Below, one piece after another: positions 45,335 through 54,079 of a stretch of 64,000 nucleotides of DNA; the stretch's first letter is position 1; the number at the start of each line of letters is the position of its first letter. The position numbers and the translations under genes were made by a program. A model generated the notes under the pieces. That model did no database searches and was not told the DNA's origin. It was given only the letters and a program-made list of their open reading frames with translations. The stretch is from contig CAVYHE010000006.1 of the NCBI GenBank assembly GCA_963768305.1, positions 1 to 64,000 of the forward strand, read 5' to 3'. The DNA comes from an uncultured bacterium. GTDB lineage: Bacteria; Margulisbacteria; WOR-1; CAVSGV01.

Positions 45335-46793
45335 TTCTATTAAACTGGTTTTTGAAGCATGTTTCATTTGTAATTGCTCGAAGATAGGCGAAAATCTAGC
45401 GGTCCCAAACTTCTCTCCATCAAAAGCTATTCCTTCTGGAAATACCAAACTTTGGAACCTTTGCCTTAGGTCTAGCCCGGCGTTTGCCCAGAGGTTTGCT
45501 ATATTTCCCATAAAAGCTTTGCAATAGTTTAAGCAGGATCCAACGTCATTGAGTTCGATCTTGGTTTCGTTCAACTCAGTTCTTTTAACAATTATATCGT
45601 TATTAATATCTTCAATTTTTCTTTTGTAAGTTGCTTCATCAAAAGTCCCTTTGATGATCAACTCATCAAGCCTATCCTTCTTTTCTTCCAAAGCTTTAAG
45701 TTCTTTTTCAAGTCTGTATTCTTCTTTTATTTGTTCCGCTTGCTTATTTTTCCATACATCTAGGACAATAGCCTCGAATAAATTGAGGATGTCCGCGCTA
45801 GGTTGAATTGACTTCAAGAGTTCATAAAAACTCGTCTCCAAGGCCTCTTTTTTGACATATAACGAGCAACCCTTGGTTCTGCAATGATAATAGGCGTATT
45901 TGTTCTTTCTGCCCTTTGACCAGCTTCCCGTTAGCTTTTTTTCGCATTTTGAACATTTAACAAAGTTTCTAAGAGGAAAGTCAGGGTTGCTCCTTACTCT
46001 TGGAGCAAAAGATGGTCTTTTACCATCAAGAAGAAGTTGAACTTTATAAAACGTATCTTTTGATATTATAGCCTCATGTATAGCTTCTATCATATCCAGC
46101 GAGTAAACCTTGATAAGTCCAGCATATAGAGGGTTGCGAAGAATCTTCTTCAGCTTATTTTCGGTCAGCTCTTTATATCCTTGCTTTCTCAACATATTAA
46201 CAATATCAACTTGTCTATATAAGCCGGTCTCTGCGAGTTTGAATATCTCTTTAATGTATTTACTTTCCTGAGAAGGGATAAGCATCAGCTCTTTTATTAT
46301 CTATAGATCGGGCATAGCCTTTTGGGACACGAAAAACCCAGCGACCTTGCAATAATGCTTCTTTCATGCCCTTTGTAGTTCTTTCTCCTCTTATTTCATT
46401 TTCATATTGAGATACAGCTCCGAGAATACTTCTAATAGCTCTCCCGGAAGGCGTATTATCATTATTTTCAGTTACCGATAATACATTAAGGCCATAACTA
46501 CTTAATTTATTAATAAGTTCAAGATGATCGGTGAGGTTTCTTGCTAAACGGTCATATTTCCAGATGATCAAAGCAGATAATTGTTTTTTGTTTTCAAAAG
46601 AATATTTAAGCAACTTAATAAGCTCCGGCCTATCCTGAGTTTTTGCGCTCTCGCCGCGCTCAATAAAAAGCCTGTCAACCTCATATCCTTTATTAAGAGC
46701 GAATTCTTTACAGTCTTTTTCTTGTGCCTCAAGACTATAGCCTTGTTCGGCCTGTTCTTTAGTTGAAACTCTGCAATAGATAATAGCCTTCAT
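45302..46793 (-). CDS. Large serine recombinase (resolvase, recombinase, Zn-ribbon, coiled coil), one frameshift near 46285
   Basis: YCRVSTKEQ catalytic Ser, DRLAR, ILRNPLYAG, HEAIIS, CSKC...YYHC...C. Confidence 0.93.
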
Positions 46794-47237
46794 TGGTTAA
46801 CCTTTGTTGTTATTCCAAAACGAACCCAATTATTGGGTATTGGAGATATTTACATCCAAGCTCCCCGGTATAGGAATATTATATCTGATCGTTTTGCCGT
46901 TAAACGTTCAAGTTCAGTATTAGAGTTTTAATGATAAGGTTTAAGGTTGAAGTTTTATACTTTTGAAACTTTTCAAGCACCTCAATTGAATTCCTGGCAA
47001 TTTGGGGCTTATAACCTTCTTTTGTCATAAAACTGCCAAGATCCTTCAAGGAAAGAGCCTGTTATAGTTGGATCTGATTCCAACTTAATATACTCATTTT
47101 CAATAAAGCATATCCTCCGATAGACTAATAAGTTTGAAAGAACAATTTCAACTAATTGGCTTTCATAAGTATTCTCAGGTTGATAATATTCGTAGATTCT
47201 TCACAAAAGTCTTTGCTTTCAAGCTTATCATAGTCAT

Positions 47238-47363
47238 TTACGATCTGCTGAAAAGGCCAAATTTCAAAGCATTCATTCTACTGATCAATTTTCCCTCATC
47301 GGTCTTAACCCCGCCCATTAAGGCATTTTGTTTATTTGCTTCTATTTGTTTTTCGGTTGTCAC
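47238..47363 (-). CDS. Small or truncated protein with KQIEAN..NA...G.KT.EGK motif
   Basis: AGGAG RBS and GTG start. Manual translation MTTEKQIEANKQNALMGGVKTDEGKLISRMNALKFGLFSRS. Confidence 0.5.
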   Translation of the reverse strand: MTTEKQIEANKQNALMGGVKTDEGKLISRMNALKFGLFSRS

Positions 47364-47502
47364 TACTATTTCTCCTATTATTAATATATTCGCTAACAGT
47401 TATCTCGGCTACTTTATATAAGCGATCTCTTATTTCTTCAATGTCTTTATCAGAATACTTAGAACCTTTAAGGTGTTTCCTGCATTGCTCTATCGTAAAC
47501 AC
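47332..47502 (-). CDS. Small helical protein (56 aa) upstream of the recombinase
   Basis: AAGGAG RBS and GTG start. Manual translation MFTIEQCRKHLKGSKYSDKDIEEIRDRLYKVAEITVSEY... Confidence 0.55.
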   Translation of the reverse strand: MFTIEQCRKHLKGSKYSDKDIEEIRDRLYKVAEITVSEYINNRRNSSDNRKTNRSK

Positions 47503-47590
47503 GGCCCGACTCCTTTTGTATAGAGTTCGGGTTCATGCCGATACTTACTACATTTAATGTTTTATGTTGTTTCGAGTGCTTCTTGAAAAC

Positions 47591-48524
47591 TTACACTTTT
47601 ATTCTTTCTTCTTGACTTATGCTAACTTTTTTCCCTGCTCTTGTAATAATAGATATTTTTTGATAATTCTTTTGATCTAATAAATTCAATATTTCCTTGT
47701 CAGTAAATTCTCCTCTTTCCATGAAGTTGCTTTTATGTTTATTTCTTCATTATCGGTTTTCATAATTGTTATTTCTTGATACTCTTTATTTCTAATAATA
47801 TCTATTATATTCTTTTCTTGTTCGGTTAAATGGTTCCTGAATAGGTCGGATATTGTTGAGCCGTCGCGTATTTTAATGTTTATGTTTCCATATTGCTTTG
47901 CAAGGGTATCTGCATACCAGAAAAAGGGGAGGACTATTAAAGGAGAACCGCAATAGTCAAACTTGGCATTAAACGCGACAAAGTCACGTTCAACCAGAAA
48001 CATGGAATTATCTTCTTCGTCTATTGAAAGAATAATTTTTTCGCCGCATAAGCTTGCTAAGGTACAATATTCCAGTTGTTTAATATTCTCTTCCTCATTT
48101 TTTTGCTCTTTTAGGCGATGCAGTTGAATTTCTCCGCTAGAATGTTCAATTCGATATAAGCCTACTTTCTCGTTAGCAATTTTATGAAGAACATTCTTAA
48201 TTTTATCGATGGGGCATCCAATTTTCCTAAGGTCAGTTATTATAAGTAGTTTGATGATGTCTATCGCTAAAATTTGCGCCACCCAGACTCGGTATTTTCT
48301 CTTGATCCTGATATTATGTCTTTTGCATCCCAGTCATTTATCTTACGATAGGTTAAGTCGCTAACGATAGTTTGAGAGTTTTTTAGGGTAAATATCGCCT
48401 CGTGAAAGTCATCAAATATTTGTTGAGAAAGCTTATAGTGCTCTGACAAATAAGTATCGAGTTTTCTGTTATTGTAATATAGTTCTATAAGAAATTTTCT
48501 TAGATCAAGTTTTTCGGCACTCAT
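47591..48524 (-). CDS. MerR-like HTH regulator (two apparent frameshifts)
   Basis: LTYRKINDWDAKDII...SGWRKF followed by IDIIKLLIITDLRKIG.PIDKIK reads as a MerR-type HTH split across ORFs. Confidence 0.6.
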
Positions 48525-48713
48525 AATTTATACCATCAAGTATAATTCTATCACCCAGCAATTATACCGTCAAGTTCAATTTACAGCTATGCCGGGTAGG
48601 AATAAGGCCTAATTTCTCTCTGCTTGCTCTCTGTTCGCTCGTTGTTCGCTCGGTGTTCAACCAGTCTATTAAGAGCTTTTTGCCGCCCTTTTCTCGCGCT
48701 TCGTCCACGCTTC

Positions 48714-48896
48714 TTAATTACCTGTAATCTCGGCTTGGCATATTCTTGCTATAATACCTATGAAGCAACCTAGGCATACAAAGCCTACTCCTACAGTTGC
48801 TTGAGTTAATTCATTAAGTCCATAGACAACAGCAAATATTGCCAAAATAATAAGCAAATAATAGAACCCTTTTTTTACTGCCAGTCCCACATCCAT
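48714..48896 (-). CDS. Small two-TM membrane protein
   Basis: AAGGGGTG RBS, MDVGLAVKKGFYYLLIILAIFAVV... Confidence 0.6.
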   Translation of the reverse strand: MDVGLAVKKGFYYLLIILAIFAVVYGLNELTQATVGVGFVCLGCFIGIIARICQAEITGN

Positions 48897-48918
48897 CTTA
48901 TTCACCCCTTTTTTTTTA

Positions 48919-49083
48919 TTATTCTTTTTCGGCCGCCAAAGCCCATACAAAAGCAATAACCCAACCGATAAATGTCCATCCTAACAGAATATTAAGCGCG
49001 ACGATCCCAGCACCCCCTTTTTTGCCTATAGCGCAAAGTGAGGGCAGAAAATAAATAAACAAGCCTATTATTAAAAGAACCAT
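48919..49083 (-). CDS. Superinfection immunity protein (T4 Imm family), absent from the ORF track
   Basis: Manual translation MVLLIIGLFIYFLPSLCAIGKKGGAGIVALNILLGWTFIGWVIAFVWALAAEKE, with YFLP and N.LLGWT.IGW..A..WA signature. AAGGAG RBS. Confidence 0.85.
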   Translation of the reverse strand: MVLLIIGLFIYFLPSLCAIGKKGGAGIVALNILLGWTFIGWVIAFVWALAAEKE

Positions 49084-49107
49084 AGCCTCGCTCTCCTTCT
49101 AGTTTAA

Positions 49108-49533
49108 TTATTCTGTTGAAGCGTTGCCGTAATCTTCCTCATGATCCAATTGCCCATTATCGTAATAGTATTTCCATAGACCAACTTCTCTTCCTTTAAT
49201 ATACTTTCCTATATCCTTTAATTGCCCATTCTCATAATAGGACTTACATAAACCATCCAGCAAACCATCGATATAATTCTCCCTTGTTTCCAATTGACCA
49301 TTATAATAGTAATACACCCATATCCCCTCATTTTCGCCATTCACATACTTACCTTTTGTTTCCAATAGGCCATTTTCATAATAATATATCTGAAGACCAT
49401 CAGGCATACCATCCTCAGTAACTTCATGATATTCTCGTATCTGCCCATTCTCATAGTAGGACTTTTCCACTTTTGCAAAAGATGGGCCTGTTAAAATAAG
49501 CATTAAGAACATTGCAAAAATTATCTTTTTCAT
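49108..49533 (-). CDS. Secreted MORN-variant repeat protein (YwqK-antitoxin-like)
   Basis: Signal peptide and repeated G....YYENGQL units. Confidence 0.8.
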   Translation of the reverse strand: MKKIIFAMFLMLILTGPSFAKVEKSYYENGQIREYHEVTEDGMPDGLQIYYYENGLLETKGKYVNGENEGIWVYYYYNGQLETRENYIDGLLDGLCKSYYENGQLKDIGKYIKGREVGLWKYYYDNGQLDHEEDYGNASTE

Positions 49534-49603
49534 TGTTCAATTCCTCATTTTTCGTGCTGGTTTTATGCTAACAACACAAAGTCTTTATTACCTTTCTTGT
49601 TTC

Positions 49604-49792
49604 TTATCCTTTAACGTAGTACCAGACGCTTAACGCTATCATCCCGACATAGACATATCCACTTATGCTGGGAGCTATCATTATCGCAAGGATCCACCCG
49701 AAGCATATCGTGAACCACATCAGCCCGCCACGCCATTGCGCCCTTTTCTGCGCCCTGAATACTCCTTTCGTTATATCTTCTATGTCTGTCAT
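49604..49792 (-). CDS. Small two-TM membrane protein
   Basis: AGGAGGTG RBS, two hydrophobic helices. Confidence 0.6.
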   Translation of the reverse strand: MTDIEDITKGVFRAQKRAQWRGGLMWFTICFGWILAIMIAPSISGYVYVGMIALSVWYYVKG

Positions 49793-50038
49793 AAAACACC
49801 TCCTCTTATTTGTTTATAATGTTATATTTTTGACCATGGATCGAGCCAAAAAACTTTTTTCTCGTTGTTCTTTCGTTGTTAGAAAGCGACTCGTAAGGCT
49901 AATTTTTCTTTTTTCGGTCTTTGTTTGATCATGCCCAAGAGGGTCATTTTGGAAGCTTAAAATGTCTATTTTCTCACGCTTCACTCGAGCTTCATTGAGA
50001 AAAGAAGAAGAGGCGATCTTGCGTTTATGCCTTACGCC

Positions 50039-50104
50039 GTTCCCCATAGGGAACTACTTTACCATCAAAAAATAATAATATCAAAGCCGTTCTTTCTGGG
50101 GAAC
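50039..50104. promoter_or_regulatory. Two palindromic operator-like sites upstream of the XRE gene
   Basis: GTTCCC-CATA-GGGAAC (50039-50054) and GTTCTT-TCTG-GGGAAC (50089-50104), both preceded by GCC, 50 bp apart. Confidence 0.55.
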
Positions 50105-50118
50105 GGGGGCTTAAAAAG

Positions 50119-50322
50119 ATGGTCAAAAATGAAATCGGGATGAGGATAAAACAGTTAAGAGAACAAAAAGGGTTGACGATCGAAAAATTAGCCTACGAAA
50201 ATGACCTTGCAAAAGGCAATTTAAGCGAAATTGAAAAGGGGTTAATTGATCCTAGACTTTCAACTCTTGAGAAGATAGCAAAGGGCTTGGATGTAAAATT
50301 AAAAGAACTTCTCGACTATTAG
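50119..50322 (+). CDS. XRE-family HTH transcriptional regulator
   Basis: IGMRIKQLREQKGLTIEKLA...LSEIEKG..DPRLSTLEKIAKGL. Confidence 0.9.
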   Translation: MVKNEIGMRIKQLREQKGLTIEKLAYENDLAKGNLSEIEKGLIDPRLSTLEKIAKGLDVKLKELLDY

Positions 50323-50606
50323 CGACTTAATTGCAGATACATTTTCTCTAACCTCATAGAGATCGGAGAGCCATCATTCAATTGAGTGATGTTTTCTACG
50401 TCATCCCCACATTTAGCACATGTTCCCATAATGGCAACATTGCGCTCCTTATCAATATAGATCTTATAGTCTTTTACTGTTGCAAGGAAGCATTTGTCGC
50501 AAGATGTATATTTAAGAATATTTGGGAAGTTTATGAAGGCATCCTGCATTATCTCTTCAAGCTGTTTAAGGTTGATCTCCCGCTGATCTGGTTTTTGAAC
50601 ATACAT
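50319..50606 (-). CDS. Hypothetical Zn-binding protein (2 x CxxC)
   Basis: CDKC and GTCAKCG. AGGGG RBS. Confidence 0.6.
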   Translation of the reverse strand: MYVQKPDQREINLKQLEEIMQDAFINFPNILKYTSCDKCFLATVKDYKIYIDKERNVAIMGTCAKCGDDVENITQLNDGSPISMRLEKMYLQLSR

Positions 50607-50864
50607 ACCAATACCCCCTGCCTCCGTCTTACATGCGTATTATTCTCTTGATAGAAGGCGAGGAATTATACGCCCGCGATATATGACAATGCAAGGGTTT
50701 GCAGTATCTATCTTCTCTACGGAGCTACTTTCCATAAAACAAATTCATCTATTCTACAATTCCAATACCAATAGGGATGTCTTATATTAAACTGCCGGGG
50801 CCAATTCTCTTAATTTGTATATGGCCATGAGGTCGTTTATAATATGGTTCCAATTTGAATGTAT

Positions 50865-50875
50865 TAGGGCTGCCA
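50865..50875 (+). other. Displaced 3' end of tRNA-Glu (right att site)
   Basis: TAGGGCT pairs with the 5' GGCCCTA (G1-U72), followed by discriminator G and CCA. Confidence 0.88.
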
Positions 50876-50919
50876 ACTCGCTTCGTTCGGTTTGACTTTG
50901 ACATAATGAAAGTTATAAT

Positions 50920-51498
50920 ATGTCTGCAATTCAATTTATAGGAGGAATTTATGAAAAGATTCTTATCGGTCTCGGAATTCTGGTCGTTATTATCGTGATC
51001 GGCGCCCTCGTTTACTGCTCTTACATCGGGATGTTCACGAAGATCAATATTACTGAAGAACAAATGGGACCGTTCTATTTCGTATACGCACCATATAAAG
51101 GTGATTATGCGAAGGTCGGCCCGACCATGGATAAGGTCCGCGCAAGACTTGAAAGCGAATTCGGCATAAAGCCGATGAGAGCCATGGGCATATATTACAG
51201 CGATCCCAGATCTGTCAAAACCGCAGACTTGAAGGCCGACGTGGGATTTTTGCTGGAAAAGTCATATGAAACCCTGGCCGATTCAATAATGAAAAAAATG
51301 TGGGTCAGGATAATGTTCCAGAAAAATTACATGGTCGCGGAGTTTCCCATGAAGAACAAAACATCCATTATGGCGGGAATTATGAAGGTCTATCCGGAAG
51401 TCACTAAATACATGAAGCTCAAAGGCTACAAACCCGTTCCTGCCATAGAGATCTACGAAAAAGACAGGATCATATACGCTTTCGAAATAAAGCAATAG
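50920..51498 (+). CDS. Membrane-anchored GyrI-like small-molecule-binding protein
   Basis: N-terminal TM, YKGDY, GIYYSDP, IMKVYP, IEIY. True start is probably near 50951 after GGAGG. Confidence 0.7.
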   Translation: MSAIQFIGGIYEKILIGLGILVVIIVIGALVYCSYIGMFTKINITEEQMGPFYFVYAPYKGDYAKVGPTMDKVRARLESEFGIKPMRAMGIYYSDPRSVKTADLKADVGFLLEKSYETLADSIMKKMWVRIMFQKNYMVAEFPMKNKTSIMAGIMKVYPEVTKYMKLKGYKPVPAIEIYEKDRIIYAFEIKQ

Positions 51499-51627
51499 AA
51501 ATTTCTCCGCTTTTTTAGAAAGTTCGCGATAACCCCGCATCCGGTCGCATTAGGGCGTTTTACCTTCGGACCTTCAAAATATCAAATAGAAGACATATCC
51601 GATTTATGTTAAGATATTTCAAAATAT

Positions 51628-52710
51628 ATGAGCCTATTCCTTCTCATTTTTCTTGTGTCTGCGGCATTGACCCTGATATTAACGCCTGCTGCCGGGAAAT
51701 TGGCCGTTAAACTGGGAGCTGTTGACAGGCCCTCGAGAAGAAAGGTCCACAAGAATATCATCCCCAGGTTCGGCGGGCTTTCCATTTTCATCAGTTTTAT
51801 GATCACGGTGATAGCGGCGTTATTCCTTATAAACCAGTTCAGGGTACATTTGGTAGCTGATGAAATACTGGGTTTGAAAGGGATACTTTTCGGCGGGACG
51901 CTCATCGTATTGCTCGGGCTTTTCGACGACCTGAAGGGGATGCCGGCGCTGGTAAAGCTTGCCGGCCAGATAATCGCTTCAGGGATCGCGACATATTTCG
52001 GGGTCAGCATACTTTTCATTTCAACTCCTTTTACTCACATCCTCAGGTTAGGCATATGGGCGGTCCCTTTAACCATAGTATGGATGGTCTCAATAACTAA
52101 CGCGATCAATCTCATCGACGGCCTGGACGGGCTTGCTTCGGGCATTACGGCGATAGCCGCGGGAACATTATTCATTGTTGCGATAAAGATGGGACAGATG
52201 GATTCCGCCATTCTCCTCGCGGCCATTGCGGGCACATCGATCGGATTTTTGAGATTTAACTTTTTCCCCGCGTCGATATTCCTGGGCGATTCGGGTAGCC
52301 TTTTCTTCGGTTTCATGCTCGCATGCGCTTCAATTATCGGGGTCCTTAAAAGCACGCTGGTGATCGCCCTTTTGATCCCCATAGTGATACTTGCCATACC
52401 GATATATGACACGGCAACGGCGATAATCAGAAGGGCCGTTAAAGGCAGGTCCATTTTTGAGGCCGATAAAAAGCATCTTCATCACAGGCTGCTCAAGGCC
52501 GGGTTCAACCAGAGGCAGGTCGTTATAATGATATTCGGTGCCTGCTTGATCCTGTCAATGGCAGCCCTTGCGGCCACGATATTCGAGAATTATCCCGCGC
52601 TGATATTCCTTTGCATGTTCGTCGTGCTTGGCATACTTGCGCTTGATTTTGCCAAAGATATATTAAGAAGCATCACGTTCCTCAATGGAGATAACAAGCA
52701 TGACGCATAA
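51628..52710 (+). CDS. WecA/TagO-type undecaprenyl-phosphate GlcNAc-1-phosphate transferase
   Basis: RKVH..IPRFGG, GLFDD, NAINLIDGLDG, FLGDSGS, DKKHLHHRL. Confidence 0.92.
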   Translation: MSLFLLIFLVSAALTLILTPAAGKLAVKLGAVDRPSRRKVHKNIIPRFGGLSIFISFMITVIAALFLINQFRVHLVADEILGLKGILFGGTLIVLLGLFDDLKGMPALVKLAGQIIASGIATYFGVSILFISTPFTHILRLGIWAVPLTIVWMVSITNAINLIDGLDGLASGITAIAAGTLFIVAIKMGQMDSAILLAAIAGTSIGFLRFNFFPASIFLGDSGSLFFGFMLACASIIGVLKSTLVIALLIPIVILAIPIYDTATAIIRRAVKGRSIFEADKKHLHHRLLKAGFNQRQVVIMIFGACLILSMAALAATIFENYPALIFLCMFVVLGILALDFAKDILRSITFLNGDNKHDA

Positions 52711-53884
52711 GAAGAGGGTACTTTTCGTTTTCGGCACGCGGCCGGAAGCCATAAAAATGGCGCCGGTCATAGCCGAAGCAAAAAAACATCCGGACTTTTT
52801 TGATCCTATCATCGCGGTCACCGGGCAGCACAGGGAAATGCTGGATCAAGTATTGAAAGTTTTCAATATCAGGCCCGATTATGACCTGATGGTGATGGAG
52901 CACGAACAGCAGGCCGTGTCTTCCATCGCATGCAAATGCCTGCAAGGGCTGGAAGAGGTCATCATAAGGGAGCATCCGAGCATCGTTGTCGTCCAAGGGG
53001 ACACTTCCACGACTTTTGCTTCGTCGCTTGCCGCGTTCTACCAGCATGTTCCTCTCGCGCATGTGGAAGCGGGGCTCAGGACCGGGAAAAAATATTATCC
53101 GTTCCCGGAAGAAATGAACAGGAAGCTCACAAGCTCGCTGGCGGACATCCATTTCGCGCCGACAGAGACGGCCGTTAAAAATCTTCTTGCCGAATCGGTC
53201 AACAGGTCGTCGATATATCTTACCGGCAACACTGTCATAGACGCGCTCCAGAAAATGGCAAAGAGATCGTTCGATCTGAAAAAGTCCGGCATAGATATTA
53301 AAGAAAAAGGGAAGAAGCTGATTCTTGTCACCGTGCACAGGCGGGAAAGCTTCGGCGCACCCCTTAGAAGCATCTGTGAGGCGATAAAAAGGATCGCGCA
53401 TAAGCACCGCGACGTCGCGACAGTGATACTTCCGGTCCACAGGAATCCCATTGTTTCCGAGACCGTCCATGAGATCCTGGGCGAGGCGGCGAACGTCCAG
53501 CTGATAAAGCCGCTTGATTACGAGCCATTCGTGCACCTGATGAAGAGCTGCCACATTATATTGACCGATTCCGGCGGGATACAGGAGGAAGCGCCGTCTC
53601 TTGGAGTGCCGGTCCTTGTCCTGCGCGAAGAAACAGAAAGGCCGGAAGCTGTCATTGCGAACACGGTAAAAGTTGTCGGCACAAGCACGGAAAACATCAC
53701 TGCGGCGTTTGAAAAACTTTTGACGGATGAAAATGAATACAATAAGATGTCTAAAGCTGTGAACCCGTACGGCGACGGAAAAGCGTCGCAAAGGATCATC
53801 GCGGCGCTCATTCATTATTTTGGATTCATTGACGTGAGGCCCGTTGAATTTGACGCGTCAAAAGGTGCGGCGAAGATCAAATGA
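52700..53884 (+). CDS. wecB: UDP-N-acetylglucosamine 2-epimerase
   Basis: FGTRPEAIKMAP, QGDT, HVEAGLRT, TDSGGIQEEAP, NPYGDG. Confidence 0.96.
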   Translation: MTHKKRVLFVFGTRPEAIKMAPVIAEAKKHPDFFDPIIAVTGQHREMLDQVLKVFNIRPDYDLMVMEHEQQAVSSIACKCLQGLEEVIIREHPSIVVVQGDTSTTFASSLAAFYQHVPLAHVEAGLRTGKKYYPFPEEMNRKLTSSLADIHFAPTETAVKNLLAESVNRSSIYLTGNTVIDALQKMAKRSFDLKKSGIDIKEKGKKLILVTVHRRESFGAPLRSICEAIKRIAHKHRDVATVILPVHRNPIVSETVHEILGEAANVQLIKPLDYEPFVHLMKSCHIILTDSGGIQEEAPSLGVPVLVLREETERPEAVIANTVKVVGTSTENITAAFEKLLTDENEYNKMSKAVNPYGDGKASQRIIAALIHYFGFIDVRPVEFDASKGAAKIK

Positions 53885-54069
53885 TGAATTACCTGAAATA
53901 CATGAACCTCGGACTTATGATGGTGACGCCGGCCATGGTCGGGCTGTTGATAGGCGCGCTGCTCGACAGGGCTTTTAGATCGTCGCCTTTGTTCACGCTG
54001 ATATTCCTTATCCTTGGTATTTTGTCCGGCATCTGGAGCATTTATAAATCGGTCAAGATATTGATCTAG
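53881..54069 (+). CDS. AtpZ/AtpI-family small membrane protein
   Basis: Two TMs with G..LD.......P motif, directly before atpB. Confidence 0.75.
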   Translation: MMNYLKYMNLGLMMVTPAMVGLLIGALLDRAFRSSPLFTLIFLILGILSGIWSIYKSVKILI

Positions 54070-54079
54070 GGAGGGACTT

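Larger units (their letters stand above)
45331..50867. mobile_element. 5.5 kb large-serine-recombinase integrative element in tRNA-Glu
   Basis: TTAG core at 45331-45334 and 50864-50867. The displaced tRNA end follows the right core. AT-rich interior with the LSR gene at the left end. Confidence 0.9.

Noticed and set aside
45249..45527. 92-aa plus-strand ORF
   Set aside because: Shadow ORF over tRNA-Glu and antisense to the recombinase.
46800..47130. Possible gene directly upstream of the LSR
   Set aside because: An SD and ATG exist near 47112 on the minus strand, but the frames close quickly and no product can be supported.
52682..53815. Long antisense ORFs such as the 377-aa ORF opposite wecB and those opposite the repeats
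   Set aside because: They are antisense shadows of well-supported genes and have no recognisable motifs.
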